Positions 28,767-40,063 of a DNA stretch of 64,000 nt are shown piece after piece. Location of the stretch: positions 13,906-77,905 of the forward strand of contig JAXMBR010000013.1 of assembly GCA_046349715.1 (NCBI GenBank). Reading direction: 5' to 3'. Source of the DNA: Planctomycetaceae bacterium (lineage in GTDB: Bacteria; Planctomycetota; Planctomycetia; Planctomycetales; Planctomycetaceae). The notes under the pieces are model-generated. The model was given only the letters and a program-made list of their open reading frames with translations. It did not search any database and was not told the origin of the DNA. Position 1 is the stretch's first letter. Each line of letters begins with the position of its first letter. Position numbers and translations under genes: made by a program.

Positions 28767-31105
28767 GGCAACCCCCTCCATCGCCGCAGGCCCCATTCGC
28801 CGCACAACCCGAGGGCGATCAGCGTCAGCATTAACGGGTGTTGCCACAACGGCGAGGTCGTCGTCTCCGTCACCAGATCCGGCCGGCGTGTCAGCTCGCT
28901 CACGAACGAACGTAGATCGTCCGCCGCAACCACGCGGCCTCCCGTCTGCTGGGCGAGTTCCGTCAACCACTCCCGATCAGGCGTCACTCGCCGGAATTCC
29001 TCCGCCAGCGGATCATGCACCCAACCCGTCGCTCCTTCACCGGCGACTTTTCCCTCGCTGTCCGTCACTTTGACCGCGACGCGATACGGCCCCGGCTTCT
29101 TCACCGCCAGCAGAGCCTCATACAGACCTGCCTCTGCCAGCGACGGTTCCGCGGAAAGTCGTAACGGCAACCCGTCGGGCATGGTCGCCGTCACTTCGAT
29201 GCTGGCATTGTCCTGCGGTTGAAAATCGAGAGTTTTCGGCCGGATCTCCAGCCGGACCACGGCACGATCGTCCTGCACTGGTTCCAGTTTGATGGAGGTC
29301 CGCTCCGGCACGTCGGCGATCAGCCATCGAACCAACTGCCGCCACGCCTTTCCCAAGTCGTCCTGTTTTCGTTCGTCGTCCGTCCGCTCCAATTGGGCGC
29401 GCCAGAAGTCCCCCACCAGCACCGCGGCGCATCGACCTTCGCCAAACCGCTGCGCGACCACCGCCGGCAGCTTGTTTCCCTGCGGATCCTGCACTTCGGC
29501 AATCACGCTGGCCCCTGGCTTTTCCCGCCCCACGCGATTGAGCGTGTGAAACGTCGGCCAGGCTTTCAGTCTCGTCTGTTCATCCGCTTCCGTTGAGCGC
29601 AACCGCGCCCACGGTTGCAACCACCCGTCGCGCGTCAGGTCGAGACGCCAGCGTCGCACCGGGGAAGGCGAAGATTCTTCCAGCGACACCGGCAGCACCC
29701 GTGCCAGCGGCGTGCGCCGGTACCCCCCCTGCGCGAACGACTCCATTCCCCCCAGCATGAGCAGGCTGCCTCCGCGCTCGCTCACGAAACGTTCCAGGAG
29801 TTCAAACTGCACCGTCGTGAAAAATTCCGCTTCGAGATCGTCAATCACGACGGCATGAAAGGGAAACAGCTCTTCCGCCGTCTTCGGGAAGCCGCTTCGC
29901 AATTCCTGCGCGTCCTGCGTGTTAAGACGCACGATCACCGGTTGATCGAAGTGCTCGGTCTCCGCGTCGACGCCGTCAAACCCGCGAAACAGCGGATTGC
30001 TGGTCTCTCCCGCGCGCCCGCGCCAGTCAAATTTCGGCTCCCGCTTCGCAATGCGAATCAATCCCGTCAGTTTGACCTGCTCATCCGTTTCCAGCGCCCG
30101 ATTCAAAAACTTGAATTCCCAGTTCGGCCGTCCCGACACATACAGAATCCGATAAGGACCGCCCCCCCGATCAACCACAATCTTCCGCTCATTGTTCGCC
30201 AAGGTCGCCTCCTCGAGCGGCGGCGCGTCAGCGGCGACGTCGGGTTGCACGCGCAGCGTGTAAAAACTCAGGCCTGGTTGTACCGGCCGAATTTGAAACC
30301 TCAGCGACGTGCCGCGTCCCTCCTCCGGCAACCGCAGCGTTTCCTCTTTGACGACCTGCTGTTGATCATCCATGATCTGCGCCGTCACCGCCCGCCCCGC
30401 GCAGCCGGTGTGATGCACTTCCGCTGTGATCGTCACCGGCGCATCTTCAAACGCCGTCGTGCTGACGGCCGGCGCACCGAGGGCGATGTCAATCAGCCGC
30501 TCCGGCCTGCCGATCACCACGGGATAAACCGGTGGCAACGAATCCTGATTCCAGCTCGAGTTTCGCTGGTCGGTGAAAATCCCGTCGGTGAACAGCAACA
30601 CCCCCGCGACCGGCCGCTGCAGGAATCGCTGACTCAATTGCCCCAGCGCATGATGTAAGGAAGTCTCAGGCTCCGTGAACTCCAGCGACTGAAAATCAGT
30701 CATCGATTCCAGCCGGGACGACGCTGCAAACCGCCGAACGTCGAATTCCTGTTCCAGGAGCGGCTGCCAGCCCAATCCCCGATCCGTCAGCAGCGTTCGC
30801 AGCGCTTCGCTGCGCGGCGTCGCAGCGTCGGCATCCCGAATTTGCAGGCTCGCGCTGTTGTCGGCGAGGACCACAAACAAATTCTCGCCGGGCCGGGTCC
30901 GCATGCTGCTCCACAGCGGTTCGGTCAGGCAAAACGCCAGAAGCAGCATCGCAGCCAGCTTGAAAACCAGCGGCAGATAGCTCCCCCGCGGGCCATTTCG
31001 ATAGACCGCCGCCCCCCGCCACACCAACAGCGCCGCCACGGCCACAATCGTCGCGGCCACCCACTGCCACTGAGAGCCGCCAAAGACGAGTCCGGCGAGA
31101 ATCAT
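28763..31105 (-). CDS. Bat-operon membrane protein with a GATase1/ThuA-like domain
   Basis: N-terminal TM pair (MILAGLVFGG...VAATIVAVAALLVW; LVFKLAAMLLLAFCL). Also NLFVVLADNSASL, PYRILYVSGRPNWEFKFLNRAL...HAVVIDDLEAEFF...GGSLLMLGG, and a C-terminal TM. An ATGA overlaps the upstream gene at 31102..31105. Confidence 0.7.
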   Translation of the reverse strand: MILAGLVFGGSQWQWVAATIVAVAALLVWRGAAVYRNGPRGSYLPLVFKLAAMLLLAFCLTEPLWSSMRTRPGENLFVVLADNSASLQIRDADAATPRSEALRTLLTDRGLGWQPLLEQEFDVRRFAASSRLESMTDFQSLEFTEPETSLHHALGQLSQRFLQRPVAGVLLFTDGIFTDQRNSSWNQDSLPPVYPVVIGRPERLIDIALGAPAVSTTAFEDAPVTITAEVHHTGCAGRAVTAQIMDDQQQVVKEETLRLPEEGRGTSLRFQIRPVQPGLSFYTLRVQPDVAADAPPLEEATLANNERKIVVDRGGGPYRILYVSGRPNWEFKFLNRALETDEQVKLTGLIRIAKREPKFDWRGRAGETSNPLFRGFDGVDAETEHFDQPVIVRLNTQDAQELRSGFPKTAEELFPFHAVVIDDLEAEFFTTVQFELLERFVSERGGSLLMLGGMESFAQGGYRRTPLARVLPVSLEESSPSPVRRWRLDLTRDGWLQPWARLRSTEADEQTRLKAWPTFHTLNRVGREKPGASVIAEVQDPQGNKLPAVVAQRFGEGRCAAVLVGDFWRAQLERTDDERKQDDLGKAWRQLVRWLIADVPERTSIKLEPVQDDRAVVRLEIRPKTLDFQPQDNASIEVTATMPDGLPLRLSAEPSLAEAGLYEALLAVKKPGPYRVAVKVTDSEGKVAGEGATGWVHDPLAEEFRRVTPDREWLTELAQQTGGRVVAADDLRSFVSELTRRPDLVTETTTSPLWQHPLMLTLIALGLCGEWGLRRWRGLP

Positions 31106-34100
31106 GGTTCGCCTCCTCCTCCCAGCCGCTCATAGTATTTGCGCACCATTTCCCGATACTGCTGCGGCACTGGGTCGCGATCGGTCGGAACCAGCGACTC
31201 CGGCGACTCCCGCCGGGCGATTTCCTCCGCCAACCGCCGTTGCAACTCAACCAGCGGCTGCCTTACGTCCTCTTCCACCACGTCCCAGTTCGGAAGTTTG
31301 GAATGCCGTTTGAACTCCGCCCGCATGCTCCGCGCCTCTTCTCGAACCTTGGCCACCTCGGCCTGCAATTCGGGATCGTTCACCAGCGACTCGACGTCGC
31401 GCAACCGATCAGTCCATTCGCCGTATCCACCGCCGGTGATCGGCCCTCCCTGTCCCCCGGGCCCGCCTCGCTGCCCTCCTGACGCATCGCTCGGCTGCCC
31501 CGAGCCCTGCCCCGGTTGCGACGAAGAGGATTTCGAGGACCGATTGCGCCGCAACCCGCCTTTATCATCGGGAGCAGACGGAGTTTTTTCAGGAGTCGGA
31601 TTCGAAGAACCGCCTCCCGATCCCGTATCTGAGGTTCCGCCCCCTTCTGCTGAAGTCTCTGCGTTTGCCGGTTGATCCGCCGCGGGATTGCCCTCTCCCG
31701 GCTGCGAACCCTGCTGCTCTCCGCCGGGTTCTGCTGAATTCCCTGCTTCCTGCGCTTGCGACATTTCTGATTGCAAAGCCGCCGCGAGCTCGGCCAGTTC
31801 ACGCTTGGCCCGCTTCAAATCCGCCACCTCGTCACCCAGAATCGATTCCGCCGCCTCTTCGATTCTTTCCCGCAATTGGCCAATTCCCTTCCGCGCCAAC
31901 TCCTCCGCCTGGGCCGCTTCAGGAAGGAAGCCCCGTTCGACCATCTGCTCCGTCGCCTGCAACGCCTGCTCGGTCTTTTGCTGCTGCGCATCCCGCACCG
32001 CTTCGTACAGTTTCTTCGCCGCCAGCGGCTCCGACGACTCCGCCTCCTGCACCGTCTTTCGCAGCGACTTCAACAACTCCTCCAGGCGTTCACGCTGTTC
32101 GTGCAGCGTCTCGGCCAGTTTTTCGCGCTCTTGCCGCTGGCGCAGCGATTTATCCTGCGGATCCCCCAGTTTGGCCAGGTCTTCCGCGATCTTTTCCTCG
32201 GTCTCGCTCATCTCTCGCGACTGGGTCCGCAAGCCCTGCAATGATTCCGCCAACTGAGCCGATGTCTTTTTGCGGAAATCGTCCTGCAGCTTCTCCAGTT
32301 CGCGCTCCGCCCGCGTGCCGGACGACAGCGCCTGCGCCAGTTTCCCTTCCTGCAACGATTCCGACGCATCAACCAATTGTTTGCGAGTCTCTTCCAATTG
32401 CCGCCGGGCGTCCGCCGTCTGCGCGGGATCGGCTGTTTGCTGCATCCGGTTGCGCACCGCGTCGGCATCCTGCAACAACTCCTGTTGTTCGTCCCGCAGT
32501 TGCTTGAGCTGGCGTTCCATCTCCTCGCGCTCAGCTTCGCTTTGCGCGGTCCGCAGTTCCGCCTTGATTTCTTTGAGCTTCTGGTTCACTCCCAGCTGAC
32601 GCTGCGCCAATTCCTTCAGCCGATTCAAAATCGCCAGGCTCTCTTTCTGTGCCGACGAATCCCCCGGCTCGCGCGCCTGCTTTTCCGTCTCATACCGGTT
32701 CGCCTGGTCGTTCAATTCCAGTTGCTGAAGCTGTTGCTGCGACATGCTTCCCCCGCCGCCCGCACCTCCACCCGCCTGCCCTCCCTGCATGATGCGGTGA
32801 TCTTTGGGGCGCAATCGCGTCAGCCCCTGAAACGCCGCTTGAGCCGCTTTGCCTGCCGCCGCGAGTCGGTCCGCCGTTTTCGACTCCTGCACCGTGGTGA
32901 ATTCGACGATCGTCGTCTCCATCGCCTCTGCCACCGCCTCGATTCGTTCTTGAGGAGCCGCCCCCCCCAAGGATTCCGAGACTTTCGAAAACTGCTCGCG
33001 GGCTTCCTTCTGCGAGTCATTCAATGTTTCCACCGCGTCGAGTTCTTGCTGTCGTTGCAGGTCGGGATCGCGACGCTGCAGATTCCAGGTGGCGGTGACG
33101 ATTTGTTTCTGCAAGTCGATCAGCTTGTCCAGCGTCTGGTTTTGCGCCCCGCTGGCGCCTTCCATGCCGCTCTGCCCTCCGGCTGCTTCCATCTGGCGGA
33201 ACGATTCCTCAAACGGCCGGACCTCCAGGAAAAAGAGTTCGCTCAGCGTCCGCCGCACGTTCCCGTCCGGTCCGTAATCATCCGCGAAGAACGAATAGGC
33301 GACGACTTCTCCCGGTTCGACGCCGGAACCTTCCAGCCCCAGCGCGTATTCCAACGGATGCATCTCGCCCGCCGGCAATGCCGAGGTGATTGGAAATGTC
33401 TCCTGCTCGCGGCCGGCCAGATCAACCAGCACCCCCGCCGCCAGAATCCCGAAGTCGTCCGACACCCGAGCCTCCAGCGTCAGTTCCTGCAGCGGCGAGA
33501 TTCGCTGGTCCTGACCCGGAAACACCAGCTTCAGTTCCGGCCGCCGATTCGGCACGACGTCGATCACGAATTCCTCCGGATCCCGGTTCTTCCGGCCGTC
33601 ACCGTCCGTCAAATGCAACTGCCATTTCCGGCTCCGATCCGGCAGCCAATTCGCCCGATAGCGTCGCGGTTGCTCCACGTCGGAAATCAACGGAACCACT
33701 GTTCCGTCCTCGGCGTCGCGCAGTTCCGCCTGAACGTCCAGCTTGTTCAGATCGCACGTCAGCGCCACCTGTGAGCCTTCAATCACCGTCGCGGAGAGCG
33801 CACTCTCCAGTTCCAAGGGCTCCCGCTCTGTATAACTCGGTGGCGAAACCGTCAGCGACGAATGAAGCAGCGCCGGCAGGTCGTACACCGTCACGCGAAA
33901 TTCCGGCGAAACGACGCCGTCCATCTCCAGTTGATAAACGCCGTCCGTGGCGATTCGCGCCAGCCGACCGGCGAATATCGGATCGTCCAGACTTTTCGTC
34001 ATCACGATCGACTCGACGTGCCCCTCGCTTGGCGTCCAGCGCAGCGTGACATCCCGCGGAACCTCGTTTCGGCAACGCAATAGCACCAGCAGAGGAGCAT

Positions 34101-34710
34101 GACGCTCCACTTCCGCATCCCCCGGATCCACTGAAAAATCGGTCCACGAAGTTTTCAGATCCTGCGCGACTGACGCCCGATCGCTCGGAGCCAGCGCCGC
34201 CGACGGTTTCGGCAGCATCCCCAGCGCCAGAGTGACGGCCACCAGCGCCAACACGGAGGCCGATTGCCGCCGCCAGGAACGGGCCAACGCCTGCGGCGAA
34301 ATCACGCGTTCCCAATCATGCGTTTTCGCATGCTCGCCCACTTCGTTAAATAGCCGCGATTGCAGCAGATTGAACCGGCCGGTCTGCGAATCAGGCTCTT
34401 GCTCCAACGCGGCCAGCAACCGGGTCTGCAATTCCGGGAAATCCGCCTCCAATCGACGCGCCGCTCCCCGCAGATCAACCGCCCGGCGCCACGATGCGGC
34501 GCAGGCGCGAATCAACAGTCCGGCGACCGTCATCGAGAACACCAGTTGCGCCGGCCAGGTCAGCATCGGCCACCAGCGCGCCAACAAATAAACCGCGCAT
34601 CCTACCCCCGCGGCGACTCCGCAGGCGTGTGCGAAAGTCCGCCGCCGCCGCGCCACTTCAATGCGCTGCGCCACCTGCGTTAAATTGTGATCGAGATCTC
34701 GCACCATCAT
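31102..34710 (-). CDS. Large membrane-anchored coiled-coil protein (tentatively DUF4175-like)
   Basis: An uninterrupted 1202-aa ORF. Two N-terminal TM helices, a roughly 450-aa E/Q/R/L-rich coiled-coil region, a G/S/P-rich low-complexity segment, and the C-terminal YREMVRKYYERLGGG. The family name is a guess. Confidence 0.7.
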   Translation of the reverse strand: MMVRDLDHNLTQVAQRIEVARRRRTFAHACGVAAGVGCAVYLLARWWPMLTWPAQLVFSMTVAGLLIRACAASWRRAVDLRGAARRLEADFPELQTRLLAALEQEPDSQTGRFNLLQSRLFNEVGEHAKTHDWERVISPQALARSWRRQSASVLALVAVTLALGMLPKPSAALAPSDRASVAQDLKTSWTDFSVDPGDAEVERHAPLLVLLRCRNEVPRDVTLRWTPSEGHVESIVMTKSLDDPIFAGRLARIATDGVYQLEMDGVVSPEFRVTVYDLPALLHSSLTVSPPSYTEREPLELESALSATVIEGSQVALTCDLNKLDVQAELRDAEDGTVVPLISDVEQPRRYRANWLPDRSRKWQLHLTDGDGRKNRDPEEFVIDVVPNRRPELKLVFPGQDQRISPLQELTLEARVSDDFGILAAGVLVDLAGREQETFPITSALPAGEMHPLEYALGLEGSGVEPGEVVAYSFFADDYGPDGNVRRTLSELFFLEVRPFEESFRQMEAAGGQSGMEGASGAQNQTLDKLIDLQKQIVTATWNLQRRDPDLQRQQELDAVETLNDSQKEAREQFSKVSESLGGAAPQERIEAVAEAMETTIVEFTTVQESKTADRLAAAGKAAQAAFQGLTRLRPKDHRIMQGGQAGGGAGGGGSMSQQQLQQLELNDQANRYETEKQAREPGDSSAQKESLAILNRLKELAQRQLGVNQKLKEIKAELRTAQSEAEREEMERQLKQLRDEQQELLQDADAVRNRMQQTADPAQTADARRQLEETRKQLVDASESLQEGKLAQALSSGTRAERELEKLQDDFRKKTSAQLAESLQGLRTQSREMSETEEKIAEDLAKLGDPQDKSLRQRQEREKLAETLHEQRERLEELLKSLRKTVQEAESSEPLAAKKLYEAVRDAQQQKTEQALQATEQMVERGFLPEAAQAEELARKGIGQLRERIEEAAESILGDEVADLKRAKRELAELAAALQSEMSQAQEAGNSAEPGGEQQGSQPGEGNPAADQPANAETSAEGGGTSDTGSGGGSSNPTPEKTPSAPDDKGGLRRNRSSKSSSSQPGQGSGQPSDASGGQRGGPGGQGGPITGGGYGEWTDRLRDVESLVNDPELQAEVAKVREEARSMRAEFKRHSKLPNWDVVEEDVRQPLVELQRRLAEEIARRESPESLVPTDRDPVPQQYREMVRKYYERLGGGGEP

Positions 34711-34735
34711 GGAAAGCTCGCCATCGAGATCAGGT

Positions 34736-36773
34736 TCATGGTTCGCTCCGGCCCATCGGAACTCGCGATGTCATCCCTGCCCACGCTGTTTCCGCCAGGA
34801 GCAGCAAGCAGCCCGCCAACAGGCACCACCGCCATAATGATTGACGACGCTCCAGTTCTTCCAGTTGAATTTGCCGTTGCAGTGAAGGCGAGACTTCCTG
34901 CACCGCCGCCGTCTGAGGCGACGCCATCGACACGCCAAAACGCTCCAAGGTCTCGATCGGCAGCGGGTCCGTCTTCGACTCTTCCGGCGCCAGGTTGATC
35001 GCCCACTCCGACGCGTCTGTACCGCATTTCGCGCGGTACAGACCCGGCTGGCTCGTTTCCGCGAACGGCGCGGCGGCATCGGTCAATTCTGTCGATTGTC
35101 CGTCGGGTCCCTGCACCACGACGGCGCCAGGCTCTTCACGGAAAACGGCCAGCGAATCGTGCTCCCGACGAAACTCCGGTAATTCTTGACGAGCGGTCGA
35201 TTGCTCCAGCCAGCGGAATAACAGCGCGAATTTCGACGATCGCCAACTGGCCGTCGCTGGGCTGCCAACTCGAAGTCAATGTCCACATCCGTCCTTCACC
35301 GAGCGGTTGCCGAACCGGAACGGATCTTTGTTGTCGAACTGCGCCAGCACTACCGGAAATGATGCCGCGCGCATGCGGCGATGTTCTTGTAAACGGATGC
35401 CGCATCGGCGAACCCACCGCGGGTATCGCGTACAGGCGGGTCCTCAAAATCGATAAACGCCGGTTACGAAAATCGTTGATTTACCGGAGGTCTCCGCCGC
35501 CAGCATCCGCCACGCGGCATGGAAATGGTATCATCCGCATGTTCCGGATGCGCGCGTCCTCTTTGCTCGATCACGCCGCGCAGCCAACCCGGATGCTCGA
35601 TCGCCGCATCGGTCCAGACCGCGAACGCCGGCGGATCGATTTCCGCTTCACCGTCCTTTACGTCGTTCGCCGCCTGCACGGAAATTTTCGGATCAGACAC
35701 CCCGGACATGGCCTGTTCCAGAAAACCTCGCCCCGGCAGGATCGTTCGCGGCATCATGACCGAGGTACAATACCCAACACGACGGCGTCTGCCGTTTCGC
35801 CGCCCAGAGACGATTGTCGAAGTCATGATCATCGCCCGAAAGGCGGAGTGGCGTGACCGGCACCGGTCAGCGCGGGGAAACAAGCACTGTCCGGCTCTTG
35901 TCCCGCCGGCACGTAAATCTCAATGGCGGAACGCTCGTCACCTTCCCAGGCGATCTCGTCCGGTCCCGCGTGGAATGTTTGGCATTCGTCACCCGGCATG
36001 GGTAATCGGACGTCAGCTCGATTCCGTCGGAGATTCCACCCATTGCATGCCCGCATTCGTACCGGCGGCCACCTCAGAGTCATCACCATGGTTTCGCATC
36101 GACTCGGGCCAATCGATCCCGGCCAACCCGGCAAGATCGGATCCTGCGAGAAGTCCGAAAATCAGCCAGAGTTCGCCAGAATGACAGATTCTGTTCCGCC
36201 TCGTAATTCTTGCCGCCTGCACCGTTTGGGCCAATCCCGCTCCCAGCCGAGTCGCTCCCCAACTCGGCTTCAAATTCGCTAGCTGATCCAGAATCACCTG
36301 CCGCCGCGCGGCCGGTTCGAGCCGATTAGCTTCGTCGTGGAAACCGTGACCGGTCGCCGTGCCGCTCAATGTCGTGAACAGGCCCAGATGCACGTCGGCA
36401 GGCAGCGATTTGAGTTTTCGCGCCGCCTGAATCGCACGGATTCCCAGGTCCGGCCCGCTGCAAAGCTCGGCAAGGACGTCCACCAGAATCGCCACCAAGC
36501 TCGATCTCCGGCAAGGCCGCCGATCGCCACGGCGTACCGTTCTCCAGACAGGTCGGGCGAATCCGAGCGCACCGCGTACGCTGCCGCCCGCAACATCAAC
36601 AGCAGCCAGTGCTCGATCCTGCTCCAGCCAGATCCGCGGCGGAGAAAACCGCTAAAACATGACCGAGGAAAACAACCGCCGACCACGCGGCGTCCGTTGC
36701 CGCCACATGTGAAACAGACCGCCGCGGCGACGGCGACACCCGCCACGAGGAACAGGGGCGTAATCCACGTCAT
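34736..36773 (-). pseudogene. BatA-type protein (N-terminal double-TM + vWA-like domain), multiply frameshifted
   Basis: MTWITPLFLVAGVAVAAAV...WLLLMLRAAAYAV (ORF 36366..37001). VAILVDV...LKSLPADVHLGLFTT...LANLKPSWGATRLGAGL (ORF 36013..36498). The C-terminal INLAPEESKTDPL...ELERRQSLWRWCLLAGCLLLLAE (ORF 34736..35119). At least three further frames lie in between. Confidence 0.6.
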
Positions 36774-37691
36774 ACCGTTCCCCTTTCGCCGGCGTCCGCG
36801 CCCGCCTCCTGTCGAGTCCCGCGGAGACGCAACACGTCCGGGAGCACGGATTCCAGCGGCGTATCGAGCGTCAGATGATGATAGCTCACCCTCGCCCTTC
36901 GCAGCACGCGGACCGCGAGAGCGCATCCATCTTCCGGCGATATTCCTCGCGCAGCCAGGCCGGGTCGACATACACCCGCTGGCCGGTTTCCAGGTCTTCA
37001 AACAGCTCCGGGCGCGGTGAAATCGAACCGGACTTCCTGCGGGTCCGAGAGATGAAATAATTTCAGCACTTCCTGCCCGCCGCGAGTCAGCGTTTCCAGG
37101 GCGAGTTCAACCCTGCCAGCGCGCGGAGAAATCGGAAATCAGCACCACCATCCCCCGCCGCAGCAGTCGCCGGCCGAGCTCCTCCAGGCACCCCGCCAAT
37201 CGCGTCACGGATGGGCGCGGCGGGCGTTCCAACTGCACCAGCAGCCGACGTAAATGCCCGGCGCGATACGCGGGCGGCACGTATTCCTCGATCACGTCGG
37301 TGAACGGCGCCAACCCGACGGCGTCACGCTGTTGCAACAGAAAATAGCCCAGCGTCGCCGCCAGGGTCTTGGCATAATCCAATTTCGTATAGCCCAGCGA
37401 GCCGTAGTCCATCGACCGGCTGTAATCGACCAGCAACATCACGCGCAGATTCGTCTCGTCTTCAAACCGCTTGAGGTAACAACGGTCAGCGCGGCAGAAG
37501 CCAATCGAGATATCGCGGATCGTCGCCCTGACATACGGGCGATATTCCGTAAATTCGACCGAAAATCCGATGGTAAGGACTGCGATTGAGCCCGGCCCAG
37601 AACCCCTGCACGACGCCGGGGCGCGCAGGCCCAGCGACCGGATCTGCATCAGCGTCGCGGGATCAATGCGGCGGTCGGGGATTGCCGACAT
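36770..37691 (-). pseudogene. DUF58 protein, multiply frameshifted
   Basis: MSAIPDRRIDPATLMQIRSLGLRA, GFSVEFTEYRPY, YLKRFEDETNLRVMLLVDYSRSMDYGS and RRGMVVLISDF are in the 37107..38759 frame. ELFEDLETGQRVYVDPAWLREEYRRKMDA and VSYHHLTLDTPLESVLPDVLRL are in two other frames. The stop overlaps the batA-like ATG (ATGA, 36770..36773). Confidence 0.7.
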
Positions 37692-37720
37692 GGCGTCGAG
37701 ATTCAGGGGGAGGCGAAGAC

Positions 37721-38759
<1,039 letters not shown>

Positions 38760-38774
38760 AGACGACTCCCTCTG

Positions 38775-39010
38775 TGGTGAAATCTCAAATTCGAAATCCG
38801 AAACTCGCAGAAAACTTCACTCTCGAAATCAGAAACAACTCCGCAACTCCCGCTGTGGTCGGTCGTCCGCTGTGGCCGGTCTCCTGACCGAGCCACCTCC
38901 TTCGACAAAAGACTTCGTCATTTTCAATGCACCGAAGTCCCCGATCCCTCGCTCATAACCAACCCCGCATCAGCCGGTTTCTCTCGTTTGAAATTTCAAA
39001 TTTCGCGATG
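38775..39010. repeat. Intergenic cluster of short dispersed repeat motifs
   Basis: aatctcaaat (38781..38790) is the reverse complement of 14517..14526. The palindromic core ggtctcctgacc (38878..38889) is identical to 56111..56122. aatttcaaatttcgc (38992..39006) matches 14502..14516 at 14/15 positions. Confidence 0.4.
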
Positions 39011-39021
39011 CGAATGTTTTT

Positions 39022-39879
39022 TCAATGCGTCATGGCATAAAACACAATGTTGATCCCCATCGGGTACGCTTTCTTTTCCGAAAACTCCTGAAAATACCAC
39101 GGGTCTTCCCCTTCCCGTTCCCAGCCGTCGCCGAGATCGGTGTTGTGGCAGATGATGACGATCAATCGGTGCTGATCGTCGAAAATCCCTTTGTAATGGA
39201 CTTCCTTGGCGTCCGGCCGTTCCCAGGTGATGCCCTGCCCCCGTCCCCATTGAGCCGCCCCGATGCTGGGAATCTGCGGCTTTTCCTTCAGATCATACAC
39301 GCAGTGAAAAATCGGGTGCTCGAGCGGCAACTCCAACGGCTCACGATCGGGAAAGACGCGTTTGATCTCCCGATAAAAATTGGCCCATTCCGCTTCTCCC
39401 CAGAAATCGTCCACCATCAGAAATCCGCCATTCAAGAGATATGTCCGCAGCGCGCGAACTTCTTCTTCGCTGAAAACGAGATCGCCCGGTTCGATCATGT
39501 ACAGAAACGGATAGCGCGGCAGTTCCGGATCAGTCAGCTCGAGAATCTTTCCTTCGGGATCGACTTTGAGCGAGGTCAATTGCTGCAATCGGTAGGAGAA
39601 ATTCAAATCGCTGTCCGGGAAGTCGGTGTTCCAACGGTCCCAGGAATGATACGACTGATACTTGACGCGCACGAACGTGAACACATCGTCTTCGAATGCG
39701 GGATCGTTCTCCCACGTCGGCACTCCGTTGCGATCCGCCGGGATCGTCGACGTCCGCCCGTGCCGACGCCTCGGCATCGAGTCGTCCCCCACCGGACGCA
39801 GCGCTCGCTGGGCCCAAGCCGGCAACAAGGCAAGGCACACAATCACGACGGCGAACAACAGTGCTCGATAATGACGCAT
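39022..39879 (-). CDS. DUF4159 domain protein (first gene of the Bat-type operon)
   Basis: Signal peptide MRHYRALLFAVVIVCLALLPAWA. Also FTFVRVKY...WNTDFPDSDLNFSYRLQQLTSL, YPFLYMIEPG and GGFLMVDDFWG. Confidence 0.85.
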   Translation of the reverse strand: MRHYRALLFAVVIVCLALLPAWAQRALRPVGDDSMPRRRHGRTSTIPADRNGVPTWENDPAFEDDVFTFVRVKYQSYHSWDRWNTDFPDSDLNFSYRLQQLTSLKVDPEGKILELTDPELPRYPFLYMIEPGDLVFSEEEVRALRTYLLNGGFLMVDDFWGEAEWANFYREIKRVFPDREPLELPLEHPIFHCVYDLKEKPQIPSIGAAQWGRGQGITWERPDAKEVHYKGIFDDQHRLIVIICHNTDLGDGWEREGEDPWYFQEFSEKKAYPMGINIVFYAMTH

Positions 39880-40063
39880 TTTGACGATGGTTCTGGGCGG
39901 GAGAGTTTTAATCCTTGAGAATTCTGGTCGCGCTGATCAAGAACTCATTCCTGCTCCCCTGGAGGGAGCCGGTGGCCGCTTTCGGCCAGGTGAGCTGCGA
40001 AAAATGTCGAAAGGTAGGGGATGTGAACGACATTCTTTTGACATTCAGGCTGGATCATAGGTC

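Noticed and set aside
32377-33774. 465-aa plus-strand ORF, and other long plus-strand ORFs between 29.6 and 34.6 kb
   Set aside because: They are antisense to the uninterrupted 1202-aa and 780-aa minus-strand genes. Repetitive coiled-coil codons keep the antisense frames open.
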